Source: Lytechinus pictus
Lineage: Eukaryota
Direction: 5' to 3'
DNA: 60,000 bases
Assembly: GCF_037042905.1 (NCBI RefSeq)
Contig: NC_087250.1
Coordinates: 16,184,001-16,244,000 of the forward strand
The translations under genes were made by a program, and so were the position numbers. Shown here piece after piece: positions 1 through 11,800 of this stretch. The notes beneath the pieces are model-generated. The model was not told where the DNA came from and did not search any database. It was given only the letters and a program-made list of their open reading frames with translations. Every line of letters starts with the position of its first letter. Within the stretch, counting starts at the first letter, position 1.

Positions 1-300
1 AAAAGAAGGTGAAGAAAAGGAGGAGGAGGAGGATAAGAAGTAGTAATAGTAGAAGATGAAGAAAAAGAAGAAGGAGCAGAAAAAGAAGAAGAAAGGTAAA
101 GAAGACAAAAGAGAAGAAGAAGGAGAAGAGGAAGAGGAGAAGGAGAGGAATAATATTAATGATAATAATAATGATAATAATAATAAGAAGAAGAATGAGA
201 AGAAGAAGAACAAGAACAAGTTCAAGGAGAAGAATCAGAAGAAGAAGAAAAAGAGGAAGAGAGAAGAAAGAAGAAGACGAAAAAAGAAACAAATATTCCT
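1..300. repeat. GAA/GAG/AAT low-complexity tract
   Basis: Direct reading. Confidence 0.9.
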
Positions 301-1250
301 GATGAAAAGACAATTCAAATTAATGATGACAAGTAAAACAGTTATAGGCTAGATGTGTGGGTGTCATGAAGAAGTTGTTAAACTACTGATGGAAAACATG
401 ACCCTTGGTGCTGGGGGCGTTGTGTATGCAATACACCACAGGCAACATTTTGTTAATTCGGAACGATTTCTTGTTTTACGATAAAAAAGTGAAATATTAA
501 TTGAAAAGGTCAACATTCTTTCACAGTTAGTTGTCCAATGCACCATGTCTGACATTATCAGGGAACATGATAAATGTCACAATGAACTGGTCAATATAAG
601 GCAACATCTAGATGGTCACCACAAGATCAATTTTTCAAAATATAATACTTTGCTTGTCGTGATAAATATCGTTGTTCAGAGCTAATGTGGTTGTCATAGG
701 TGAAAGATTAATAATATATTAATCGCAGGATTCTGTGAAACATCATCAATCATCACCTTCATCAATAATGTAAGCGAGTCTGTAGACCTATGTATGTTAC
801 CTCGATAACCTAAATTAAAATCAATTTGAACTAGATCACTCATTGTAATCGAAATGTGAGGAGGATTTGTGTCGTGAATAGCCTCATAGAATTACTCGAT
901 ATCATAAATTACATGCTCTATTGTCGTAAAATTATTCTAAAAACGAACCTGAGCTAATCTATTCACCCAAAGTATTCGCCTTATTGGTTAAAGAAAGAGA
1001 ACCTGATGGTTCGGGTGAAAAAGCTAAGTTAATGTTGTTGTTTGGTTTACATATCGTATCTTATATGTAATATAAGAACTCCATGAAAGTTAAATTCGAT
1101 GAGATCTTGAAAATTAAAATGATTTGTCCATAGAGGGTTTTGGTATCTTTTTTATTTATTTTTCTTATTCAATACTTCCATTAAAAACATGTATATACAC
1201 ACATATAAATGAGAAAAGACATAAGGATAAAGAAAACCTATGAAACAAAG

Positions 1251-4200
1251 CAGGGGCGGAGATCTCTTCCAAAAGGTAGGGGGGACACAGGGGCGGATCC
1301 AGCCTTCGCCAATAGGAGGGGGGGCGGAAATTTGTTTCAGCCATATTTTCCCCGATCGGCAGCTCGAAGATGATTTGTGTTTGTTTCTTTTAAGGGGTAG
1401 TCCTCATTAGTCAGTTTTTAGCTTTATTCTTATACATTCATATATAATATCATAATCCTTATTTATATGATGCGAGCGCGAAGCGCGAGCTAATTTTTGG
1501 AAATTTTATGTATTTTTTCCTAAAATTTGAACATTCTGGGCAATGTTTGATATCCTGAAAAAAATCTGTATGCAACTTAATAATTACTACAAATGCAAAG
1601 CGCGAGCAGAAATGAACTGATGGAAAAGATACCTGTTAAAGACTGCGTGCAGTTAGCATTTAACAATCAAATAATGCGAGCGCGAGCTGTTTTTTTTGTG
1701 GACATTTTTACCTAAAGAATGGAAATTCTAAGCACTTTTGTATCTCAAGCAGAATAGGTATATAAGAAGAAAATTGATGCGAGCGCGAAGCGCGAACGGA
1801 AAATTTCGAGATTTAGTCCTATAATATTTACTGAACGAGACACTCTATTCATGTTTTGTAAATCATGAAAAAGATGAGTATTAATCATGCGAGCGCATAG
1901 CGCGAGCAAAAATTTGTTATATACGTACCTGTTGAAAAGGTACCTGTTAAGGACTGCTTGCACTTAGCCATGAAGGCGTTACATATTTCAACAATCAAAA
2001 AATGCGAGCGCGAAGCGCGAGCTGAAAATTTCAAAAGAAAGAATGGAAAATTTTAATCAATTTTTGTAATCGTGAACAGGATAGATATATAATTCAACAA
2101 TTGATGCGAGCGCGAAGCGCGAGCAGAAAAAAAAATCGAGATTTAGACCTAACAAGTGGAATGCCTCTGGCCGTCTCACCTGCATCACGCGATTCAATAT
2201 AGCAGCAGTGCTGATTTTGAAAACTACTATAACTCGCACAAGATGTTCAGTGATACTTGGTTACTCTTATTTCCACGTTTTATGAACTAGACCAATACAC
2301 TTATAGAGATATGATGGCAATTCAAAAAATACCCCCAACGTGGCCAAAGTTCTTTGACCTTACATGACCTTTGACCTTGATCATGTGACCTGAAACTTGC
2401 ACAGGATGTTCAGTAATACTTGATTACTATTATGTCCAAGTTTCATGAATCAGATCCATAAACTTTCAAAGTTATGAGGGTAATTCAACAGATACCCCCA
2501 ATTCGGCCAAAGTTCATTGACCCTAAATGACCTTTGACCTTGATCATGTGATCTGAAACTTGCACAGGATGTTCAGTAATACTTGATTACTATTATGTCC
2601 AAGTTTCATGAATCAGATCCATAAACTTTCAAAGTTATGATGGTAATTCAACAGATACCCCCAATTCGGCCAAAGTTCATTGACCCTAAATGACCTTTGA
2701 CCTTGGTCATGTGACGTGAAACTCATGCAGGATGTTCAGTGATACTTGATTAACCTTATGTATAAGTTTCATGAACTAGGTCCATATATTTTCTAAGTTA
2801 TGATGACATTTCAAAAACTTAACCTTAGGTTAAGATTTTGATGTTGATTCCCCCAACATGGTCTAAGTTCATTGACCCTAAATGACCTTTGACCTTAGTC
2901 ATGTGACATGAAACTCAGGCAGGATGTTCAGTTATACTTGATTAACCTTATGGCCAAGTTTCATGAACTAGGTCCATATACTTTCTAAGTTATGCTGTCA
3001 TTTCAAAAACTTAACCTCAGGTTAAGATTTGGTGTTGACGCCGCCGCCGCCGTCGGAAAAGCGGCGCCTATAGTCTCACTCTGCTATGCAGGTGAGACAA
3101 AAATGGGCCACTCTGTTCGTGTTTTGTAAACAGCCATAGGCTGATCGAGGGCTTTTTACCGTGTTTAAATAAAATAAATCAATTGAAATTAATGTTTTGT
3201 AAATCATGAAAAGGATGAGTAATAGGGGGTCTTCCTACATTAATAATGTGAGCACAAAGCGCGAGCAGAAAAATTTTGATATTGTGATCTGAAACTGGAT
3301 AATGATTTAAATATAGAACAAGTTGAGTATTTGAATAAACATGCGCGCGCGTGTTTCATATTTAGACCTAGAATCTAGGCATTCTAAATACATCTTTAAT
3401 CATGAAAATCATGAAACTTTGATATTCCGATCTGAAAAAAGAGTCAATTACCGCTTTATATTTCAAGCACTTTGTAGGAAAATTGTAAGGTGGATATGGA
3501 TTGCACTTTAAAAAAAAGAGCTAAAATTGTCATTATTATTACTTTGAGTTTTGACATAGGACCGGGACATCCTTACGACATGTTATGAAAATGATGACTA
3601 TCTTCCTATTCCTCTTGCTAAGTGCGAGATGAAACAAAAGGGACAATTTAATTATTAAATTAATATCATATTTATTAATGCCTAAAGAGGGCGCGAAATC
3701 TGATGATATTATGGCATAAAAACTGGAAATTTCACTTTTGTAATTATGAATAGGATGCATCAGTTAATATGATTTATTTTTAACCATTAATGCGAGCGCA
3801 AATCGCGAGCAAAAATTTTTGATAAACCGTCATGAAAAGAGGATTTTAAGTAGTTTGTTGTATAATCAATATTGAAACATACATAACTCGCCAATCAAAA
3901 TGCCAGCGTGCAGCGCTAGCTGATACGTCTTGACAATCAGACCTGAAAAGGGATATTTTGAAAACTTTATGGAATACACGAAAATAATAGGTACCTGATA
4001 AATCAAAATTTGCGAGCGCGCAGCGCAAGCAGCAAATGTTGATAAAATTATTCAGACCATAAAACTGACATTTTTACAGAGCACTTTTTAAAAATCAATT
4101 TGTAAATCACACAAAATAATGAAAGTTCGATCTCCGAGGTGAAATATGTTTTGTATATTTACTTCTAAACTTGATATTTGAGCTCCATATTGAACAAGAT

Positions 4201-4679
4201 ATGTAAATCACCTAACAGGCAATGCGAGCGCGAAGCGCGAGCGAAAATTTTATATAGTGGCACGAAAGATTCTTTTTATTTTCCAAGTCTTCCCTTCATC
4301 TTATTTTATGCACTCGTCGCCTTCTCTTCTTTTTCTCCTCTCTTTTCCCTCTTTTTTTCCTTTTTCCTTCTTTCTTTCCCTTTTGTTTTCTCTTGTTGCT
4401 CCGCCAATAGGGGGGGGGGGGCTCGGCCTCCGGGATCCGCCTATGGGGACAAGGGGCGGGAAAATTTGAAAAGCAAAAAAAAGGTTATCATCCAAAAAGT
4501 ACGGTCATCTCGTCCCAACTCGTCCCAAAATACATGTTTTATTTCGATTTAGAATGATGTATTTCTTACCATCATAAAAGACAAAAAATAGTAGGGGGGA
4601 CATTTGATATTGTGTCCCCCCTACTATTTTGAGTAGGGGGGACACGTCCCCCCTGTCCCCCCTGGGATTTCCGCCCATG
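1251..4679. mobile_element. hAT-like non-autonomous element with internal GCGAGCGCGAAGCGCGAGC repeats
   Basis: TIR CAGGGGCGGAGATC / GATTTCCGCCCATG; 8-bp TSD AAACAAAG; homologous to 53969-56214. Confidence 0.88.
2151..3103 (-). mobile_element. Helentron-associated (HINE/DINE-1/pearl-like) element with ~163-bp tandem core repeats
   Basis: Subterminal IR GTCTCACCTGCAT (2173-2185 / 3086-3098), GCC microsatellite, tgacctttgacc units at 2365, 2528, 2691 and 2883. Absent from the paralogous host copy near 54940. Confidence 0.75.
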
Positions 4680-4860
4680 AAACAAAGTAATACGAATGAC
4701 TTTTTGTACAATATAAAGTATTAGGAGAGCCAGAAGGCAGAGCCTTATAATTATTAAAAGCCAATCTCCATAACATTAAGTAAATTTTTGATGTTTAAAT
4801 TGTTGATTAAAAGTAGTAAAGTAAAGTTATTTAAAATACATACACATATACATTAAAATC

Positions 4861-4863
<3 letters not shown>

Positions 4864-4908
<45 letters not shown>
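4864..4908. repeat. (CA)n microsatellite
   Basis: Direct reading. Confidence 0.95.
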
Positions 4909-4911
<3 letters not shown>

Positions 4912-4959
4912 CCACTCAAACCATTTGCTTTCAAACACCCGCATACATATTTTATCTAA

Positions 4960-7900
4960 AATTCCAGACTGTTACACTGAAAGGTAATTCTGTAGTAAAT
5001 AAGATTCCATTTTTTTCTTTTAAAACTATTCAGCGTTAGGCTCTGTTTTATTGTGATTGGTAATCCATTCCAAATCAAAGGACTTAAATAAATGAAATAG
5101 TATTTTGGTAGGTTGAAGTTTTTGTAAAAAGAAAGTGAAAATTATTGGAATGCCTAGTTTGATTCCATGAACATTTCTGTTCATTTAGAATTATTAAACA
5201 TTAGAAGTTGGTAATAATATATGGATACATATCTACATGAATATTGCTCATTAGTATACATAATATGTATCTGGTACTTTCAGAGTCTTTAGATAAAAAA
5301 ACATCAGTCATGTTAGTCTGATGAGAAAACCCTTCACTCGAGTTAAGTGTCTGAATTTGCAGCCTACTTATGTCTTGTGTACTGAAGGCCTCAATTGAAA
5401 CAGCATGTTTTGTATGTGCTAGTCTTTGCGTGGAGACACACTTGTTGATCAAAGTTTTAATCAGGGTCTGTGCCTGCAGACTAAAAGAATACAGGATTGG
5501 CATGGCAAGGTATTGGCTATGGTAAACACTATGAGTCTATTAGTATTTTGCATACTAAAGCATGTCAATGTAAGAATACAGTAATATATTATATGGCAAT
5601 ATTAATGTGTTGTGTAAAATCATTAGAGTTTCTTTGGGAAAAAAAATCAATTAAAAAAATAAACCAATGCGCTTGGCTATCCTATTGCAGATGACACTAG
5701 TGTGTTCATTCCATGTTAATTTACTATCAATAGTTACACCTAAACAAGTTTTTCGTTGACTTGATCTATAAAAGAGTCATTAATTCTTAATTTTATCTGG
5801 GTTGCATCAATATGTTTTTCTTTTTTTTTAAAAGTCATGTAATAATTTTTTCATATCGCGTACAATTTTACTAAAAAATAATCATGTCATGGTGGGAAAT
5901 AAAAACACTAGTATGTCATCCGCAAATAATATTTAATATTTAAGTTCGAAATATTGCACATGTCATTTACAAATAAAATAAATAATAATGGGCCTAATAA
6001 AGAACCTTGGGGCACTCCGCATCTTACTGCCATCATCTGAGATTCACATTCATCTACTATTACGTATACTATTTACGATTACATAGACAGTTTTTAAACT
6101 ATTAGAATACATCATCTCTAAATCCATATCTCTCTAACTTATTTAAATAAATTACTATGGTCAAGGGAATCAAGTCCACACTAAGGTCTAAGAACAGCTA
6201 ATTATCACCTTTTTTCAAAAGGCAATTGATACTTTGTGTATTAACTCAATAATGGAAAAGATGTAACCTGCACAAAACCCGAATGATATTGTCCAATAAT
6301 GTATATACACGAATATACACAAATTGCTCTAAAATTTTGGAAAAAATAGAAATAGATATAGGTCTGTAATCAGTTGAACTTTCTTTGGATCCCTGTTTAT
6401 CAACTGGAATGACTTTAGCAATTTTCAATTTATCACACTCTTAAAAATATAAGGCAAAAATGCTCCTCGAGGGTAGTTATGTGTCCAACCAACATTGAGC
6501 ATTTCTTTTGGGCATTTTATATCCAGTCTGATGAAAATTTTGCCCATTCTAAAGTAATTGCTGCTTATTTTTTTTAACCTTACTGGACAATAAGCTTCCC
6601 GCAGTGGGTAAAATATTGCCCCAAAATCGTTGGACACATAATTAACCTCGTGCTGGTTAAAATTTTTCCCAATGTTTTTTTTTTACAATGCAGATACAAT
6701 ACCAGTATTTAGGGATAAATCGATTATCTCACATAAGGGATGGCATCAAATATATAACACTTTTAACCAATTGACCACATACACCATCAAAACCAGGGCT
6801 CTCACCATTCTTAAAATTCAAAACAATAGTAATGACTTATTTGTACGTGCATTGAGCAAAAGACTTAGTTGATTCATTTCCATTGACATATTGCATAAAG
6901 TACCCAAAATCAGTGAAGGAATAGTGAATAGTGAATGACATACATGTAGCTTTACAAATATATATTGAAGGCATTGCATATTGCACGTGTCTCATTTATA
7001 GTTCCATCATTACATTGAATTGCACTTGGTATAACATTCTTTTTCACACCCATTCCTAACACATTATTAATGTCTTTCCATGTATTTTTTAATTTCATCT
7101 GGAGCATTTTCAAATTTGCATTTATAATATACTCTTTTTGCCTTTTTGATATCATGCTTTACCATATTTCTGATTTGTTGTATACTTTACAAATCTTTCT
7201 TGATTATTTTTTTCTTTTATATACTTTAAATCAAAATTATTATTACATATCTTTCTAAACGATTTACTAAGCCATGGTTTATCTTTGAATCTCCTTTTCA
7301 CAAACCGTTTTAGTGGAAAACATGATTCGTAAGTGGTTTGGAACTTTAGCAAAACTATATTGTATTCTTCATTGTGATCACGGCCTTCAAGACTCCAATA
7401 TAGACTACTCATTTTCTGAATAAAAAGATTTTTGTTTTCTACACTGAAAGTACGTTTCTGTAGCTTCAGATTTGAAATGGGAAAAACTAGAAAGTGACCG
7501 CTTAAATAATACCAGCAGATATTTCGTCTACATGTAAATCATTGGTAAAAATATTGTCTCACAATGAAGCTGAATGATTAGTTGACCATGTAGGAGTATG
7601 AGTCATTGGATATTTTTCATAGGACATGCAATGATCAAGAAATTCTTGAAACTATTGGCAAGTTGTGGCTTCAAATAAATTCAAATTTAAGTTCCACAGT
7701 TTAAATGAAATCCTTGTCATTTCCACCAAATTTTGCACGGAGCTTCTTTAACGCCTAAGTATTCCAAATATATAAAACCTAACATGGATTCATACGCTTG
7801 ATTTTTTGCTATCGAGTCTTGAAGTTCACCCATTTGAAAGGTCTTGAGAAATGAAGAGTTTGGTTGCAAAAAGGGTTAGGTCCACTTTGGACCATTCAGA

Positions 7901-8560
7901 GAAAAATCACGTTTTTTATTCTCACTTTATTCTTATGAGAAACTATAGTGTCATGATGTACTACAGATAGGACTGCTCACAAACATAACTAAGGAACGTC
8001 CTTAAAGCGATACTTAAATAAAATAACTAATTGTCTCTATTAATTTAGAATATTTAAAATTTCATCAAACTATTACATAAAACATTGCACTGGTTGATTT
8101 GGTGGACAATATATTACTCCAACAATAATCGTAATTTTTTAAAAATCAATTTCAATTAATAAAGATTCAAAATATGCAGTATTCAAACCTAATTCATCTC
8201 TACATTTAAAAGTCAAATCATTTTTAAGATAGAATTCAAATACACCACCTCTTGTAGATTCCCTAAAATAGAGCTAAATATGAATAATTATCATGTCATA
8301 AAAAGAATTGGCCTCTTTGAGCAATGTTTCTGTGATGCCCATAACTGAGAATTGTACATATGGAATAAAAAAGTAAAACTATAAAACTTCTTGGTAATAC
8401 TTATACAATTGAAACATAATACACTAAATGTACATGATATTTTACCATCTAAATTATTACTGTATTCATTAAATTCATCGAGGGCATAAAAAAAGACTGA
8501 GTAGGTCCAAAACTGAACATGTGTTCGTTATCATTAATGTCAGGTGACAGGTATTTAGTA
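4960..8560 (-). pseudogene. Decayed CR1/L2-group LINE ORF2
   Basis: Minus-strand fragments: SVMGITE (~8335), KPWLSKS, AKVIPV..YRPISI..FSKILE, GVPQGS (6001-6018), LFADD (5915-5929), WNGLP (~5060); many stops and frameshifts; ends approximate. Confidence 0.85.
5313..5484. mobile_element. ~175-bp MITE (TTAGTCTG..CAGACTAA)
   Basis: Short TIRs; similar copy at 57708-57886. Confidence 0.65.
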
Positions 8561-8839
8561 ACAGTTTATAAATCAATATTACAAAACAAATCATAACATT
8601 GTTTCACATACATATTCACACCACACACACAAGAACATCTTAATTATAAAAAAATATGGGTATAAGAAAAGGTACAATTTTTTAAATATGTTAATGCGTC
8701 TTTTAAGAAATGCCACTACGTGACTACCCCATATATCATTACAAAAATGAACAATACCCCATCCTACCACCCTATTCCCTTCTTCCAAAAATATAATAGT
8801 ATAATGATAACAACGTGTATTTGATTACATTTGTTACAG

Positions 8840-8891
8840 GTCTTTTTCTGGATACTGCTCTCTGTATGCATGGTAATACAAATGACGAATG
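8840..8891 (+). CDS. Exon 1 (first visible): signal-peptide-like [17 protein letters not shown](G)
   Basis: ttgttacag acceptor, g|gttagt donor, hydrophobic peptide, phase-1 end fits next exon. Confidence 0.6.
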
Positions 8892-11800
8892 GTTAGTATA
8901 CATCTAAAAAAATAGATAATGTTCCTTATATAATTTCATAAATTGTAAAACGTCAACGTTTATACAATTACGGTGCTTCATTAAAACTTAAAAGCATTTA
9001 ACTAGCAAAGTTTAAACAACAACGTTCGTATTTTTTGGATACGCATTGTTTGAAAACTAGAACATGGTTAATACGTGTAAACAGTTTGATTTAAAGCGAT
9101 GCCTTATAAGACAGCATCATTAATTATATATGATTTAAGTAGATTGTTTATTGTAGTTTTGGTGTGTTTTAGAATGATGCTCCATGGCATTCAATTGTTA
9201 TATTTTCCCTTTTCAGGATCCTCATCATCTAACCTGAATGATATATGTCCCTCTGTTCCTCCTGACATGATGGAAGCATGTCCTTATACCTTCTCTGAGC
9301 ACACACACGATATGATCAAAGAGATTCCTAAGATAGTACCACTAGATCACCCTGACTATCATCAACTCGTACCCCCACAGGCACGGGGAAGGACCAATCT
9401 ATACTGTGCTCACCCAGGTAATAAGAGAAGCACTGGCATTTTTTTTGCAGGAGGGGGGGGGGGGGGTAAGACGTCCTAAATTGACTCCTTCTCGTCTTTT
9501 AAGGAGTTAGACCTCATAAATTATGACCTTTTTTGCAAGTTGTGCCATTTTATTTCCCCTTTCTCCCTTCAGGGTCTTCCCCTTTCTCTCTCCTTTTTTT
9601 CAAGTAGATAAAGGACAAGTCCACCCCAACAAAAAGTTGATTTGAATAAAAAGAGAAAAAATCAAACCAGCATAACACTGAAAATGTCATCAAAATCGGA
9701 TGTAAGATAAGAAAGTTATGACATTTTAAATTTTCACTTAATTTCACAAAACAGTTATTTGCATATCCTGGCAAGTATGCAAATGAGAAACTGATGACGT
9801 CGTCTACTCACTATTTCTTTTGTACTATATTATGTGAAATATGAAATTTTCTATTTTTCCTCTCATTGTCAAGTGAAACGACGATTAATTCCCCCCTGAA
9901 CACGTGGAATTAGCATTGTTTACTACTATACGGTTCAGTCAAGTTGATCCTTATTGTCCAATTGGTAAGAAATGAAATATTGTATAATTCAAACAATAAA
10001 AAACAAAAGAAATAGTGAGTGATGGACATCATTGACTGACTCATTTGCATGCCATTGAGTTGTGCATATCACTGTTTTGTAAAAGATAAGCGAACCTTTA
10101 AAATGCCATAATTCTCTTATTTTACATCCGATTTTGATGAAACTTTCAGTGTTATGCTAGTTTGATTTTTCTCTATTTATTCAAATCAACACTTTTCTAG
10201 AGTGGGGGCGATCTTAAGGGCGGTGTACGTTTATCATTAACAAGTTGATTTAGTTTTTACCAAACGGAAATTGCCTTCACTCTAAAAAGACTACATGATT
10301 GAAATATGTTTATCGTTACAGCATGCATACCGAATCCTTGTCTACATGGAGGCTCTTGTCAGGAAACATTTGCTGACTTCGATTGTAACTGTACAGCCTT
10401 CTACGTCGGGAAACGGTGTGAAAAGCGTAGGTACCCCTTGCGTTCATACACTTTAGAATTTACCCCTGATTCGGACTTCGATTTGTTTAAGCCTTTAATA
10501 ATTTAAGAATAAAATCTTACATTCTGATAGGTTTTGAAAATTAAAGAAAAGATAACAACAAAAGAAAAGCCAGACATTAAAATGTATAATCACTTGTATT
10601 ATAAAGTTAAACTTATTCATATACGAATGGAAGCATGTAAGCGTAAACATGATACTATATTTTAGTGATTCCTCAGTCACAATTGCTCTACCGCGGCTGT
10701 ACGGCGAGTCGAAAACAGCCGTTTTATTCATTTTTTTTAAACCACCTATATGTAGCCGGTCCAAAAAATGTTGAAGCGGCTTTTTTCGACTCGCCGTACG
10801 GCCGCCGTAGAGCAAATGTGACCGAGGTATAACTATGATGCCAAATATGCTGAAGATTTTCAGAATTAAATTCGACTTCAGATTTGAAAAATCGTTCAGA
10901 TCTTAAAAAAAAAAGGATTTATTTATTTCAACCATAATTTATTTCTGAAAGTACGGAATGAATGTGTTTATTTAAAAAAGACCTAAACATCGATTGGTTG
11001 TGTAAAAAAGAGTGACACTTAATTTCTTTTAATGTATATGTGTGCTCTATGTATAAATGTGCTAATTACAAGAAAACCAAACGTGTATAGAAACAATGAC
11101 GAAACATATAAAAGACGAAGAAATCATCAATCAAATTCTCACTGATGTAAATTCAATGAAATATTAGAATAAAAACTGTCTGTATAGCACCCAACGAGCC
11201 ATCCCCATCTAATTTTTTTTTTTTTTTACTGTTGGTTGTCACAGGGAACACAATCACTGATGTCAAATTCCTTGATACCGGATCTCGCCAGGGAGTAGTC
11301 TCCTTCAAGCCAATTAAAGAAGAATCTCCATGGGAGATTATGAGCTTCTGGGGCTGGGAACCTTCGACTTCTGACCTCATATGCAAATACCTTGGCTTTC
11401 CTGGAGCATACTCGACCGTAGATGGCGTCGTATTAAATAGTTTACCAGAGAGCGCCATCCTCGGTGCGAAGGTTATAGTGTGTCCTGGTGATGCAATGAA
11501 CATCACGGATTGCTGGCTTAGTGATGACGTTCAACTGGAGGGAACCGGAGTGGTCGGCGTAATATGCTGTGAAGGTATAAATGCATATTTTTTTGTATAT
11601 TTATTGTCCTCCCAAAACGACACTACACGTCATCAAGCATGGATGGTAATTTTTCCTTAGGGATGATGACCTTAAAATTCCTTAAATCCTGAGTGCATAT
11701 ACTTTGTTCAAGTTTAACCTTGATTTGATATCACATGCTTGAATGACAACCTAACTTAGTTCTTACACTCGACAAAGCCTGGAGTTAAAGAGTCGAAGTC

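Noticed and set aside
56..352. Lys/Glu-rich 98-aa ORF
   Set aside because: Translation of a GAA/AAT low-complexity tract.
364..780. Possible exon(s) of this or a neighbouring gene (cag at ~728, gtaag at ~770; 63-aa minus ORF)
   Set aside because: No recognisable protein motif or ATG context; cannot be supported without transcripts.
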